From contig OZ024744.1 in NCBI GenBank assembly GCA_964016885.1, positions 68,758,001-68,822,000 on the forward strand: a stretch of DNA of 64,000 nt, in the 5' to 3' direction. This DNA is from Eledone cirrhosa. Its lineage: Eukaryota. A program made the translations under genes and the position numbers. Shown here piece after piece: positions 34,402 to 50,700 of the stretch (its first letter is position 1; the number at the start of each line of letters is the position of its first letter). The notes under the pieces were generated by a model. It worked only from the letters and a program-made list of their open reading frames with translations. It was not told the DNA's origin and made no database searches.

Positions 34402-35550
34402 CAGGGTGTGGACGATATTTGTTCGCAATTTTCAACTGCTAATTTTATGCAATTTTTTTTTACTTCCGTTGTCACTCTTGTCTTCATAAAAACAGTGACT
34501 ATATTTCCATTATTTATTTTCAGAATAATTGATTATGAATAATATTGAACCTCCAAATTTGTGGAAGAGACACGGTGTTCTTCTTGGAATCCGCGCCGGG
34601 AGGACAAATAAGGACATTTCAGACTTTCTCAGCGTCAGCAGGAGAATGGTGGAAAAGGTAAGAAAAGAATTGGAAGATTCAGGATTCGACTACGAAGCAG
34701 CATCAGAGAGGAAAACACGTGATCGACGATCTGACGCCTTCAGGATATCATCAGGATATCATCAACAATGAACCTAGCAAGTCGATTCATGCCATTGCAA
34801 GGGAGAAAGGCGTGGATGAAAAGTTCATTAGGCTGGTGGTACATGAAGACATTCGCTACGTTTCATACAAGATGAGGAAAGGACAATTTTTGTCAAAGGC
34901 GATGCAAGAAAAGCGACTGAAGCACGCGAAGAAGCTGATCAACAAGTTGAAACACCCACTGGAGCCAGACATGCTGTGGTTTTTCTCCGACGAGAAAAAC
35001 TTCTGCCAAGACCAGAAGATCAACTCCCAGAACAACAGGTGGCTCGCTGTCTCATCCAAAGACGTACCCAGAGTCATGCAGACAAAGTTTCCAGCGACAA
35101 CATTGGTCTTAGGTGTCGTCAGCAGTCAAGGTGACGTCATGCCACCTCACTACTTCCTTGAGGGCCTCAAGCTGAACACCGATGGCTACATCCGCGTTCT
35201 GAGCGAGGTAGTAAAGCCCTGGATCGACTAGGTAGCTGCAGGTAAGCCGTACGTGTGGCAGCAAGACTCAGCGCCCTGCCATACCAGCCGAAAGCCCCAA
35301 GCCTGGCTGTCAACGAACTTCGTCGACCACACTTCACCTGAAATCTGGCCTCCCAGCTCGCCTGACTGCAACCCCCTCGACTTGTGTGGCGCGCAGTGGG
35401 ACGAGACACCAACAGATCTAGCTGCAATACGAAAGACAATCTGAAGGCCAGGACCACAAGGGCCTTCAGGGGACAGTGACGAAGGCATGAAGCCGGTTCC
35501 GAGGCCGCCCCGAAGCCGTCATCAAAGCCAATGGCGGGTTTATCGAGTGA
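34402..35550 (+). mobile_element. Tc1/mariner-superfamily DD37D (maT-type) transposon; transposase pseudogene 34535-35550; right TIR missing
   Basis: TA|CAGGGTGT left end. WFFSDEKNF, QQDSAPCH and WPPSSPDCNPLD with 37 residues between the 2nd and 3rd Asp. GGFIE* end. Frameshift near 34750 and stop at 35229-35231. Confidence 0.88.
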
Positions 35551-35554
35551 GATC

Positions 35555-36347
35555 GTATGTTAGGAGTAGTAACCACAACATCACAATTACTGTATGGTAG
35601 GAGTGGTAACAACAACATCACAACTACTGTATGGTATGGTAGGAGTGGTAACAACAACATCACAACTACTGTATGGTAGGAGTGGTAACAACAACATCAC
35701 AACTACTGTATGTTAGGAGTGGTAACAACAACATCACAACTACTGTATGTTAGGAGTGGTAACAACAACATCACAACTACTGTATGGTAGGAGTGGTAAC
35801 AACAACATCACAACTACTGTATGTTAGGAGTGGTAACAACAACATCACAACTACTGTATGGTAGGAGTGGTAACAACAACATCACAATTACTGTATGGTA
35901 GGAGTGGTAACAACAACATCACAACTACTGTATGGTAGGAGTTGTAACAACATCACAATTACTGTATGGTAGGAGTGGTAACAACAACATCACAACTACT
36001 GTATGGTAGGAGTGGTAACAACATCACAACTACTGTATGTTAGGAGTGGTAACCACAACATCACAACTATTGTATGGTAGGAGTGGTAACAACAACATCG
36101 CAACTATTGTATGGTAGGAGTAGTAACAACAACATCACAACTACTGTATGGTAGGAGTGGTAACAACGACATCACAACTATTGTATGGTAGGAGTGGTAA
36201 CAACAACATCACAACTACTGTATGGTAGGAGTGGTAACAACATCACAACTACTGTATGGTAGGAGTGGTAACAACAACATCACAACTACTGTATGTTAGG
36301 AGTGGTAACAACAACATCATAGTTACTGTTTGCTGGAAGTGGTAACA
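35555..36347 (+). repeat. 37-bp minisatellite, about 21 units (TGTATGGTAGGAGTGGTAACAACAACATCACAACTAC; 34-bp variants)
   Basis: Period 37 measured between 35671 and 35708. Confidence 0.95.
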
Positions 36348-37462
36348 TCGAATTCCAGAGGCCCCTCGCCGTCAGCTTCATCGATTTCTCCAAAGCATTC
36401 GATAGTATTCATCGACCGTCACTCTGGAGCATCATGCATGAGTATGGTCTGCCCTAGAAAGTCATTTCGGCAATCAAACAGATTTACGCAAACTCCAAGT
36501 GCTGCATACGGACAGAGGATGGTTACAGTGACTGGTTTGAGGTGGTTACTGGTTGCGTCAGGGTTGCTCGCTCTCTCCAATTCTCTTTGCCATAGCCATT
36601 GACTGGGTACTAAGAAGAGCGTCTAAAGACCAGGGTATATCTTGGGTGGGAGAGCAAAAGTTGTCTGACCTGGACTTTGCGGATGATATTGTTGCACTTG
36701 CAGAGAACACAGCTGACCTGCAAATCATTATGAACAATAACAATGTCGAAGCAGGAAGCTGAGGTCTCAATATCACTGCTAAGAAGACCAAAAGCATGTT
36801 ATCTGGGACACACCCATCACCAACTAGTGTTTTCATTGAACAGGGGGAGGTGGAGATAGTGGACAACTTCACCTACCTAGGAAGCTCCATTGACAATGGG
36901 GGCGCCATGGACAACGAATTGCAATGTAGAATGGGAAAGGCTTCAGCAGCATTTAACCAGCTTGGCAAGATCTGGAAGAACAGGAAGTTCACCCTCAAAA
37001 CAAAGATGAGATTCTACAAAAGCAACGTGCTGTCCACACTCTTGTACGGAAGTGAAACATGGCACCTTAAAACCAACCAAGAGAAGAAGTTGGACGCATT
37101 CGATTCCAGGTGTTTGCAAAAAATCCTGGGGATTAAATGGAGTGACCATGTAACAAACTAGGAAGTCAGGAACCGCACCAACCAGCAGCTAGTCTCTTCT
37201 GCCATCTGCAAGCGACGCCTGGGCTGGTTTGGACACGCCTTGAGACTTCCCCCGGAGAGACTGGCAAACCAAGTACTTAAATGGAACCCACAGGGAAGCA
37301 GACGGAGAAGGCGACCCAAAATGAACTGGCGCCAGACAGTTGAGAGGGACCTGCGAGCGACAAACAGACAATGGCGGGACACTGTGCCACTGGCTGCTGA
37401 CCGAACGCGGTAGAACACTATGATTGCCTCATGCGTCGCAAGACGCGGGAGCTTCTGAGTCT
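36348..37462 (+). mobile_element. 5'-truncated RTE-clade LINE with a 12-bp target-site duplication
   Basis: RQGCSLSPILF, LDFADDIV, FTYLGS, LLYGSETW. CTGAGTCTGA tail. TSD GAAGTGGTAACA at 36336-36347 and 37463-37474. Confidence 0.9.
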
Positions 37463-37752
37463 GAAGTGGTAACAACAGCATAACAATTCTGATGATGGTG
37501 TCATGGACAACAAAGGTGAAATAGTACAACTGAGTAGACTATAAAACACCGGTAATTTTTGGTATCATCAATGCTAATTGGTACCGCCGGGTGAGGCTGG
37601 TGTCGCAATTAATGAGATTCCCTGACATCAGCTGATGTTAGGAGTATCTCATCCTACCCTGCAAACTGGAATATATAATGCACATACACAGACGCACACA
37701 CAAACTCACACTGACACACACACACACGCACGCACACACACACGCGCGCGCA

Positions 37753-37790
<38 letters not shown>

Positions 37791-37914
37791 TATAGACACA
37801 TACCTTAATGTAATAGATATCTATCGAAACGAGTCAATACCTCGGGAATGGCTTGAATGTCGCTCTACATGGCGGAATACAATAAATGTAATTTGACTTT
37901 TTCGAATATTAATA

Positions 37915-38215
37915 ATTGTTTCTACTTTAGGCACAAGGCCAGCAATTACCCAGTGCATTACTGGTACTTTATTTTATCGACCCCGTAAGGATGAAAGGCA
38001 AAGTCAACCTCGGCGGGATTTGATTAATAATTGTTTCTACTTTTGACACAAGGCCAGCAATTACCCAGTGCATTACTGGTACTTTATTTTATCGACCCCG
38101 TAAGGATGAAAGGCAAAGTCAACCTCGGCGGGATTTGAACTCAGATCGTAAAGGGACGTAACTATGCTGGAAAGCATGGCGTCCGACCCTCTACCGATAC
38201 TGCCAATCCACCCTC
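37915..38215 (-). mobile_element. tRNA-derived SINE (38030-38215) with a tandem partial duplicate (37915-38022)
   Basis: A box TGGCAGTATCGG and B box GAGTTCAAATCCC. The core resembles the MetaSINE 'Meta' domain (from memory, unverified). Confidence 0.78.
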
Positions 38216-38224
38216 ACTGGTCTG

Positions 38225-38542
<318 letters not shown>

Positions 38543-38787
38543 AATCGAAAAACTCAGATTACAATTATTATATATATACTGTATATATTTACATATATAT
38601 ATATAATATTAAAGATACTATCTATAGTTATGTACATACTATAAATAACTATAAACAGTGAAGGACAGTAATTTATTACTACCTTATTACCAGTAAGATA
38701 AATAACTCAAGGTAAGAACATCAGTTGTTTTACAGAGCAGTAATATAAAATACACAAGTATCAAAGTTATGTTTAAATAATTTAAAC

Positions 38788-41700
38788 ATAACAACACATG
38801 ACCTTCACGTTAGTATTCCCAAGGTGCATTGCTATAACAACAAATGACCCTGATGCTAATATTTCTAACGTACATTGCTATAACAACACATGAACCTCAC
38901 GCTAATATTCCCACCGTACATTACTATAACAACACATGACCCAGACGCTAGTATTCTCATGGTACATTGCTATAACAACATATGATCCTGACGCTAATAT
39001 TCCCAGCGTACATTACTATAACAACACATGACCCAGACGCTAGTATTCCAAACGTACATTGCTATAACAACACATGACCCAGACGCTAGTATTCCCAACG
39101 TACATTGCTATAACAACACATGAACCTCACGCTAGTATTCCCAAGGTACATTGCTATAACAACACATGACCGTCACACTAGTATTTCCAACGTACATTGC
39201 TATAACATCACATGACCCTCACGCTAGTATTCCCAGGGGTACATTGCTATAACAACACATGACGCTGACGCTAATATTCCCAAGGTACATTGCTATAAAA
39301 ACAAATGAGCCTGACGGTAATATTCCCAATGTACATTGCTATAACGACACATGACCCTGACGCTAATATTCCCAAGGTTCATTGCTATAACAACACATGA
39401 CGCTGACACTAATATTGCCACGGTACTTTGCTATAACAACACATGACCCTACGCTGGTATTCCCAACGCACATTGCTATAAGAACACATGACCCTCACGC
39501 TAATATTCTCAACGTACATTGCTATAACAACACATAACGCTGAGGCTAATATTCCCAACGTACATTGCTATAACAACACATGACACTCACGCTGGTATTC
39601 CCAACGTACATTGCTATAACAATACATGACCCTCCCGCTAGTATTCCCAACGTACATTCCTATAACAACACATGACCCTCACGCTAGTATATCCAAGCTA
39701 CATTGTTATAACAACACCGGACCATCACGCTAGTATTCCCAATGTACATTGCTATAACAACACATGACCCTCACGCTGGTATTCCCATCGTACATTGCTA
39801 TAACAATACATGACCCTAACAATAACATTCCCAACGTACATTCCAATAACAACACAGGACCCTCACGCTAGTATTCCCAGGAGTACATTGCTATAACAAC
39901 ACATGGCCCTAATGCTGATATTTCGAACATACATTGCTATAAAAACACATGACCCTGATGCTAATATTCCCAAGGATCATTGCTATAACAACACATAACC
40001 CAGACACTAATATTCCCAAGGTAAATTGCTATGATAACACATGACCCTCACGCTGGTATTCCCAACGTACATTCCTATAACAACACATGACCCTCATGAT
40101 AATATTCCCCACGTACATTACTATAACAGCACATGACCCTCACGCTAATATTCCCAATGAACATACGTATAACAACACATGACCCTGACGCCAATATTCC
40201 CAAGGTCCATTGCTATAACAACACATGACCCTCATGCTAGTATTCCCAACGTATATTCCTATAACAACACATGACGCTGACGCTAATATTCCCAACGTAC
40301 ATTGCTATAACAACACATGACCCTCACGCTAGAATTCCCAATGTACATTGCTATAACAAAACATAACCCTGACGCTAATATTGTCAAGGTACATTGCTAT
40401 AAAAACACATGACCCTCATGATAATATTTCTAACGTACATAGCTATAACAACACATAACTTTCACGCTAGTATTTCCAAGGTTCATTGCTATAACAAAAC
40501 ATGACGCTGACGCTAATATTCCCAACGTGCATTGCTATAACAAAACATGACGCTGACGCTAATAGTCCCAACGTGCATTGCTATAACAACACATGACCCT
40601 CAGGCTAATATTCCCAACGTACATTGCTATAAACACACATGACGTTGACGCTAATATTCCCAACGTACATTGCTATAACAATACATGACGCTGCTAGCGC
40701 TAATATTCGCGAGGTATATTGCTATAGCAACAAATGACCCTCACGCTAGTATTCCCAACGTATATTCCTATAACAACACATGACGCTGACGCTAATATTC
40801 CCAACGTACATTGTTATAACAACACATGACCCTCACGCTAGTATTTCCAAGCTACATTGTTATAACAACACATGACCCTCACGCTAGAATTCCCAATTTA
40901 CATTGCTATAACAAAACATAATCCTCACGCTAATATTGTCAAGGTACATTGCTATAACAATACATGACCCTCACACTAATATTCCCAACGTACATTCCAA
41001 TAACAACACATGACGCTCACGCAAGTGTTCCCAGGGGTACATTGCTATAACAACACATGGCCCTGACGCTGATATTTCCAACATACATTGCTATAAAAAC
41101 ACATGACCCTGACGTTAATATTCCCAAGGATCATTGCTATAACAACACATAACTCTGACACTAATATTCCGAAGGTACATTGCTATAATAACACATGACC
41201 CTCACGCTAACATTCCCAACGTACATTGCTATAACAACACATGACCCTCATGCTAATATTTCTAACGTACATAGCTATAACAACACATAACTTTCACGCT
41301 AGTATTTCCAAGGTACATTGCTATAACAAAACATGACGCTGACGCTAATATTCCCAACGTGCATTGCTATAACAACACATGACGCTGACGCTAATAGTCC
41401 CAACGTGCATTGCTATAACAACACATGACCCTCAGGCTAATATTCCCAACGTACATTGCTATAAACACACATGACCCTCAGGCTAATATTCCCAACGTAC
41501 ATTGCTATAACAACACATGACCCTGACGCTAGTATTCACAACGTTCATTGCTATAACAACACATGACGCTGACGCTAATATTCCCAAGGTAAAATACTAA
41601 AACAACATATGACGCTTACCCTGATATTCCCAAGATACATTGCTATAAAATCACATGACCCTCACGCTAGTATTCCCAAGCTACATTGCTATAACTACAC

Positions 41701-44700
41701 ATGACCCTCACCCCAGTATTCCCAACGTTCATTGCTATAACAACACATGACGCTGACGCTAACATTCCCAATGTACATTGATATAACAACACATGACCCT
41801 CACGCTATTAATTCCCAACGTACATTCCTATAACAACACTTGACGCTGACGCTAGTATTCACAACGTTCATTGCCATAACAACACATGACGCTGACGCTA
41901 ATATTCCCAAGGTACAATACTAAAACAACATATGACCATGACACTGATATTCCCAGGGTTCATTGCTATAACAACACATGACCCTCACACTAACATTCGC
42001 AACGTATATTGCGATAACAACACATGACCCTCATACTAATATTCCCAACGTACATTACTATAAAAACACATGACCCTCATACTAATATTCCCAACGTACA
42101 TTGCTATGACAACACATGACCCTAACGCTAATATTCCCAACGTATATCGCGATGACGACACATGACACTGACGCGAATATTCCCAACCTACATTGCTATA
42201 ACAACACATGACCCTACTGCTAATAATTTCCAACGTACATTCCTATAACAACATATGACCCTGACGCTAGTATTCTCAAAGTACAATGCCATAACCACAC
42301 ATGATGCTGACGCTAATATTCCCAAGGTACAATACTAAAAAAATATAATACCCTGACGCTAATATTCCCAAGGTACATTGCTATAACAACACATGACCCT
42401 CACGCTAGTATTCCCAAGCTACATAGCTATAACAACACATGACCCTCACACTAATATTTCCAACGTATATTGCGATAACATCAGATGACCGTCATGATAA
42501 TATTTCCAATGTTCATTGCTATGACAAAACATGACTCTCACGCTAATATTCCCAACGTACATTCCTATAACCACCCATGACACTTACACTAATATTCCCA
42601 AGGTTCATTGCTATAAAAACACATGACCCTGACACTAATATTCGCAAGGTACATTGCTATAACTACACATGACACTCACACTAGTATTCCCAAGGTACAT
42701 TGCTATAACAACACATGACCCCAAAGCTAGTATTCCCAACGTACATTGATAAAACAACATATGACCCTGACGTTAATCTTCCCAACGTACATGGCTATAA
42801 CAACACCTGACCCTCACCCTAGTATTCCCAACGTTCATTGCTATAACAACACATGACCCTCACGCTAGAATTCCCAATGTACATTGCTATAACAAAACAT
42901 AATCCTCACGCTAATATTGTCAAGGTACATTGCTATAACAACACATGACCCTCACGCTGGTATTCCCATCGTGCATTGCTATGACAACACATGACCCCAT
43001 CGCTAACATTCCCAACGTACATTGCTATAACAGCACATGACCCTCACACTAATATTCCCAACGTACATTCCAATAACAACACATGACCGTCACGCTAGTA
43101 TTACCAGGGGTACATTGCTATAACAACACATGGCCCTGACGCTGATATTTCCAACATACATTGCTATAAAAACTCGTGACCCTGACGCTAATATTCCCAA
43201 GGTACATTGCTATAATAACACATGACCCTCAAGCTGATATTCCCAACGTACATTGCTATAACAACACATAACTCTGACACTAATATTCCCGACGTAGATT
43301 GCTATAACAACACATGACCCTCACACTAATATTCCCAACGTACATTGCTATAACAACACATGACCCTCACGATAGTATTACCAGGGGTACATTGCTATAA
43401 TAACACATGGCCCTGACGGAGATGTTTCCAAAGTATATTGCCATAAAAACCCATGACCCTACGCTAATATTGCCAAGGATCATTGCTATAACAACAAATA
43501 ACCCTGACACTAATATTCCCAAGGTACATTGCTTTAATAACACATGACCCTCAAGCAGATATTCCCAACGTACATTGCTATAACAACACATGAACCTGAC
43601 GTTAACATTCCCGACGTACATTGCTATAATAACACATGACCCTCACACTAATATTACCAACGTACATTGCTATAACAACACATGACCCTCATGCTAGTAT
43701 TCCCAACGTACATTGCCATAACAACACATGATGCTGACGGTAATATTGTCAAGTTACATTGCTATGAAAAAAAATGACCCTCACACTAATATTCCCAACG
43801 TACATTCCAGTAACAATTTATGACCCTCACGATAGTATTACCAGCGGTACATTGCTATAATAACACATGGCCCTGGCGGTGATATTTCCAAAGTACATTG
43901 CTATAAAAACGCATGAACCTACGCTTATATTCCCAAGGATCATTGCTATAACAACACATAACCCTGACACTAATATTCCCAAGGTACACTACTATAATAA
44001 CACATGACCCTCAGGCTCGCATTCCCAACGTATATTGCTATAACAACACATGACCCTCATGCTAATATCCCTAACGTACATTGTTATAACAACACATGAC
44101 TTTCACGCTAGTATTCCCAACGTACATTGCTATAACAACACATGACCCTACTGCTAATAATTCCCAACGTACATACTATAACAACACATGACACTGACAC
44201 TAGTATTCCCAACGTACGTTGCCATAACAACACATGATGCTGACGTTAATATTCCCAAGGTAAAATACTAAAAAATCATATGACCCCTGACACTAATATT
44301 CCCAAGGTACATTGCTATAACAACACCTAACCCTCACGCTAGTATTCCGAAGATACATTGCTATAATAACACATGACCCTCACACTAATGTTCCCAACGT
44401 ACATTGCTATAACAACACATGACCCTAACGCTAATATTCCCAAGATACATTGCTATAATAACACATGACCCTCACGCTAGTATTCCCAACGTACATTGCT
44501 ATATCAACAGATGACGCTGACGCTAGTATTCCCAACGTGCATTGCTATAAAAACACATGACACTGACACTAATATTCCCAACGTATATTGCGATAACAAC
44601 ACATGACACTGACGCCAATATTCCCAACGTACATTGCTATAACAACACATGACCCTACTGCTAATAATTCCCAACGTACATTCCTATAACAACACATGAC

Positions 44701-47700
44701 CCTGACGCTAGTATTCCCAACGTACATTGCCATAACAACACATGATGCTGACGCTAATATTCCCAAGGTACAATACTAAAAAAACATGACCCTGACACTA
44801 ATATTCCCGGAGGTACATTGCTATAACAACACATGACCCTCAAGCTAGTATTCCCAAGCTACATAGCTATAACAACACCTGACCCTAACGCTAATATTCC
44901 CAAGATACATTGGTATAACAACACATGACCCTCACACTAATATTTCCAACGTATATTGCGATAACATCAGATGACCGTCATGATAATATTTCCAATGTTC
45001 ATTGCTATGACAAAACATGACCCTCACGCTAATATTCCCAACGTACATTCCTATAACAACACATGACCCTCACGCTATTAATTCCCAACGTACATTCCTA
45101 TAACAACCCATGACCCTTACACTAATATTCCCAAGGTTCATTGCTATAAAAACACATGACCCTGACACTAATATTTCCAACGTATATTGCGATAACATCA
45201 GATGACCGTCATGATAATATTTCCAATGTTCATTGCTATGACAAAACATGACCCTCACGCTAATATTCCCAACGTACATTCCTATAACAACACATGACCC
45301 TCACGCTATTAATTCCCAACGTACATTCCTATAACAACCCATGACCCTTACACTAATATTCCCAAGGTTCATTGCTATAAAAACACATGACCCTGACACT
45401 AATATTCGCAAGATACATTGCTATAACTACACATGACACTCACACTAGTATTCCCAAGGTACATTGCTATAACAACACATGACCCCAAAGCTAGTGTTCC
45501 CAACGTACATTGATAAAACAACATATGACCCTGACGTTAATCTTCCCAACATACATGGCTATAACAACACCTGACCCTCACCCTAGTATTCCCAACGTTC
45601 ATTGCTATAAAAACACATGACCCTCACGCTAGTATTTCCAAGCTACATTGTTATAACAACACCGGACCATCACGCTAGAATTCCCAAGGTACGTTGCTAT
45701 AACAAAACATAATCCTCACGCTAATATTGTCAAGGTACATTGCTATAATAACACATGACCCTCACGCTGGTATTCCCATCGTGCATTGCTATAACAACAC
45801 ATGACCCCAACGCTAACATTCCCAACGTAGATTGCTATAACAACACATGACCCTCACACTAATATTCCCAACGTACATTCCAATAACAACACAGGACCCT
45901 CACGCTAGTATTCCCAGGGGTACATTGCTATAACAACACATAGCCCTGACGCTGATATTTCCAACATACATGGCTATAAAAACTCGTGACCCTGACGCTA
46001 ATATTCCCAAGGTACATTGCTATAATAACACATGACCCTCAAGCTGATATTCCCAACGTACATTGCTATAACAACACATAACTCTGACACTAATATTCCC
46101 GACGTTGATTGCTATAACAACACATGACCCTCACGATAGTATTACCAGGGGTACATTGCTATAATAACACATGGCCCTGACGGTGATGTTTCCAAAGTAT
46201 ATTGCTATAAAAACCCATGACCCTACGCAAATATTGCCAAGGATCATTGCCATAACAACACATGATGCTGACGCTAATATTCCCAAGGTACAATACTAAA
46301 AAAACATATGACCCTGACACTAATATTCCCAAGGTACATTGCTATAACAACACATCACCCTCACGCTAGTATTCCCAAGCTACATAGCTATAACAACACA
46401 TGACCCTAACGCTAATATTCCCAAGATACATTGGTATAACAACACATGACCCTCACACTAATATTCCCAAGGTATATTGCGATAACATCAGATGACCCTC
46501 ATGCTAATATTTCCAATGTTCATTGCTATACCAAAACATGACCCTCACGCTAATATTCCCAACGTACATTCCTATAACAACCCATGACCCTTACACTAAT
46601 ATTCCCAAGGTAAAATACTAAAACAACATATGACCCTGACCCTAATATTCCCAAGATACATTGCTATAAAAACACATGACCCTCACGCTAGAATTCCCAA
46701 GCTACATTGCTATAACAACACATGACCCTCGCCCCAGTATTCCCAACTTTCATTACTGTAACAACACATGACCCTGACGCTAATATTCGCGAGGTATATT
46801 GCTATAACAACGCATAACTCTCACGCTAGTATTTCCAAGCTACATTGTTATAACAACACCGGATCATTACGCTAGAATTCCCAATGTACATTGCTATAAC
46901 AAAACATAATCCTCACGCAAATATTGTCAAGGTACATTGCTATAATAATACATGACCCTCACGCTGGTATTCCCATCGTACATTGCTATAACAACACATG
47001 ACCCTAACGCTAACATTCCCAACGTACATTGCTATAACAACACATGACCCTCACACTCATATTCCGAACGTACATTCGAATAACAACACATGACCGTCAC
47101 GCTAGTATTCCCAGGGGTATATTGCTATAACAACACATGGCCCTGACACTGATATTTCCAACATACATTGCTATAAAAACACATGATCCTGACGCTAATA
47201 TTTCCAAGGTGCATTGCTATAATAACACATGACCCTCAAGCTGATATTCCCAACGTACATTGCTATAACAACACCTGAACCTGACGTTAACATTCCCGAC
47301 GTACATTGCTATAACAACACATGGCGCTGACGCTAATATTCCCAAGGTACAATACTAAAACAACATATGACCATGACACTGATATTCCCAAGGTTCATTG
47401 CTATAACAACACATGACCCTCATGCTATTAATTTCCAACGTACATTCCTATAACAACACTTGACCCTGACGCTAGTGTTCCCAACGAACATTGCCATAAC
47501 AACACATGGCGCTGACGCTAATATTCCCAAGGTACAATACTAAAACAACATATGACCATGACACTGATATTCCCAAGGTTCATTGCTATAACAACAAATG
47601 ACCCTCATGCTATTAATTTCCAACGTACATTCCTATAACAACACTTGACCCTGACGCTAGTGTTCCCAACGAACATTGCCATAACAACACATGGCGCTGA

Positions 47701-50700
47701 TGTTAATATTCCCAAGGTACAATACTAAAACAACATATGACCATGACACTGATATTCCCAAGGTTCATTGCTATAACAACACATGACCCTCACAGTAGTA
47801 TTCCCAAGCTAGATTGCTATATCAACACATGGCTCTGATACTAGTATTCCCAACGTGCATTGCTATAACAACACATGACCCTGATACTAATATTCCCAAC
47901 GTACATTGCTATAACAACACATGACACTAACGCTAATATTCCAACCGTATATTGCGATAACATCAGATGACCCTCATACTAATATTCCCAACGAACATTG
48001 CTATCACAACACATGGCCCTGACGCTAATATTCGAACCTTCATTACTATAACAACACATGACCCTCATACTAATATTCCCAACGAACATTGCTATAACAA
48101 CACATGACCCTGACGCTAATATTCCCAAGCTACATTGCTATAACAACACCTGACCCTCACACTAATATTCCCAACGTGCATTGCTATAACAACACATGAC
48201 CCTCAAGCTAGTATTCCCAAGCTACATATCTATAACAACACATGACCCTACCGCTAATACTCCCAAGATACATTGGTATAACAACACATGACCCTCACAC
48301 TAATATTCCCAACGTATATTGCGATAACATCAGATGACCCTCATGCTAATATTTCCAATGTTCATTGCTATATCAAAACATGATCTTCACGCTAATATTC
48401 CCAACATATATTCCTATAACAACCTATGACCCTTACACTAATATTCCCAAGGTACAATACTAAAACAACATATGACCCTGACCCTAATATTCCCAAGATA
48501 CATTATTATAAAAACACATGACCCTCACGCTAGTATTCCCAAGCTACATTGCTATAACAACACCTGACCCCACCCCAGTATTCCCAACGTTAATTTCTAT
48601 AACAACACATGACGCTGTCGCTAATATTCGCGAGGTATATTGCTATAACAACACATGACCCTGACGCTAATATTCCCAACGTACATTGCTATAACAACAC
48701 ATGACCCTCACGCTAGTATTTCTAAGCTACATTGTTATAACAACACCGGACCATCACGCTAGAATTCCCAATGTACATTGCTATAACAAAACATAATCCT
48801 CACGCTAATATTGTCAAGGTGCATTGCTATAATAACACATGACCCTCACGCTGGTATTCCCATCGTACATTGCTATAACAACACATGACCCTAACGCTAA
48901 CATTCCCAACGTACATTGCTATAACAACACATGACCGTCACGCTGGTATTCCCAGGGGTACATTGCTATAACAACACATGGCCCTGACGCTCATATTTCC
49001 AAGGTACGTTGCTATAATAACACATGACCCTCAAGCTGATATTCCCAACGTGCATTGCTATAACAACACATGACCCTAACGCTAACGTTCCCAACGAACA
49101 TTGCTATAACAACACATGACCCTCACAATTAATAATCCCAACGTACATTCCAATAACAACACATGACCCTGACGCTCATATTTCCAAGGTACGTTGCTAT
49201 AATAACACATGACCCTCAAGCTGATATTCCCAACGTGCATTGCTATAACAACACCTGAACCTGACGTTAACATTCCCGACGTACATTGCTATAGCAACAC
49301 ATGACCCTCACACAAATATTCCCAACGTACATTGCTATAACAACACATGACCCTCACGATAGTATTACCAGGGGTACATTGCTATAAAAACACATAGCGC
49401 TGACGGTGATATTTCCAAAGTACATTGCTATAAAAACACATGACCCTATACTAATATTCCCAAGGATCATTGCTATAACAACACATAACCATGACACTAA
49501 TATTCCCAAGGTACATTGCTTTAATAACACATGACCCTGACGCTCGTATTCCCAACGTACATTGCTATAACAACACATGACTTTCACGCTAGTATTCCCA
49601 ACGTACATTGCTATAACAACACATGACCCTACTGCTAATAATTCCCAACGTACATTGCCATAACAACACATGATGCTGACGCTAATATTCCCAAGGTACA
49701 ATACTAAAAAAACATATGACCCTGACACTAATATTCCCAAGGTACATTGCTATAATAACACATGACCCTTACACTAATATTCCCAACGTATATTGCGATA
49801 ACAACACATGACCCTCACACTAATATTCCCAACGTGCATTGCTATAAAAACACATGACCATCATGCTAATATTCCCAACGTTCATTGTTATAACAACACA
49901 TGACGCCGACGCTAATATTCCCAATGTACATTGCTATAACAACACATGACCCTCACGTTAGTATTCCCAGGGGTACATTGACAAGGATCATTTCTATAAC
50001 AATACATGACCCTCACGCTGGTATTCCCAACGTACATTGCTATAATAACACATGGCCCTAACGCCAATAGTCCCAACGTGCATTGCTATAACAGCACATG
50101 ACCCTCACGCTATTAATTCCCAACGTACATTCCTATAATAAAACACTTGACCCTGACGCTAGTATTCCCAATGTACATTGCCATAACAACACAAGACGCT
50201 GACGCTAATATTCCCAAGGTACAATACTAAAACAACATTTGACCATGAAAATGATATTCCCAAGGTTCATTGCTATAACAACACATGACCCTCACACTAA
50301 TATTCCCAAAGAACATTGCTATAACAACACATGACCCTAACGCTAATATTCCCAAAATACATTGCTATAACAACACATGACCCTCACGCTAGTATTCCCA
50401 ACGTACATTGCTATATCAACACATGGCTCTGACGCTAATATTCCCAACGTGCATTGCTATAACAACACATGACCCTGACACTAATATTCCCAACATATAT
50501 TGCGATAACAACACATGACACTGACGCCAATATTCCCAACGTACATTGCTATAACAACACATGACCGTCACGCTAGTATTCCCAGGGGTACATTGCTATA
50601 ACAACACATGGCCCTGACGCTCATATTTCCAACATACATTGCTATAAAAACACATGATCCTGACGCTAATATTCCCAAGGTACATTGCTATAATAACACA

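Noticed and set aside
18897-34542. ORFs with YIYIYI, MYVCMYV, HTHT or LSLS runs
   Set aside because: Translations of (TA)n, (TATG)n, (CA)n and (CT)n microsatellites.
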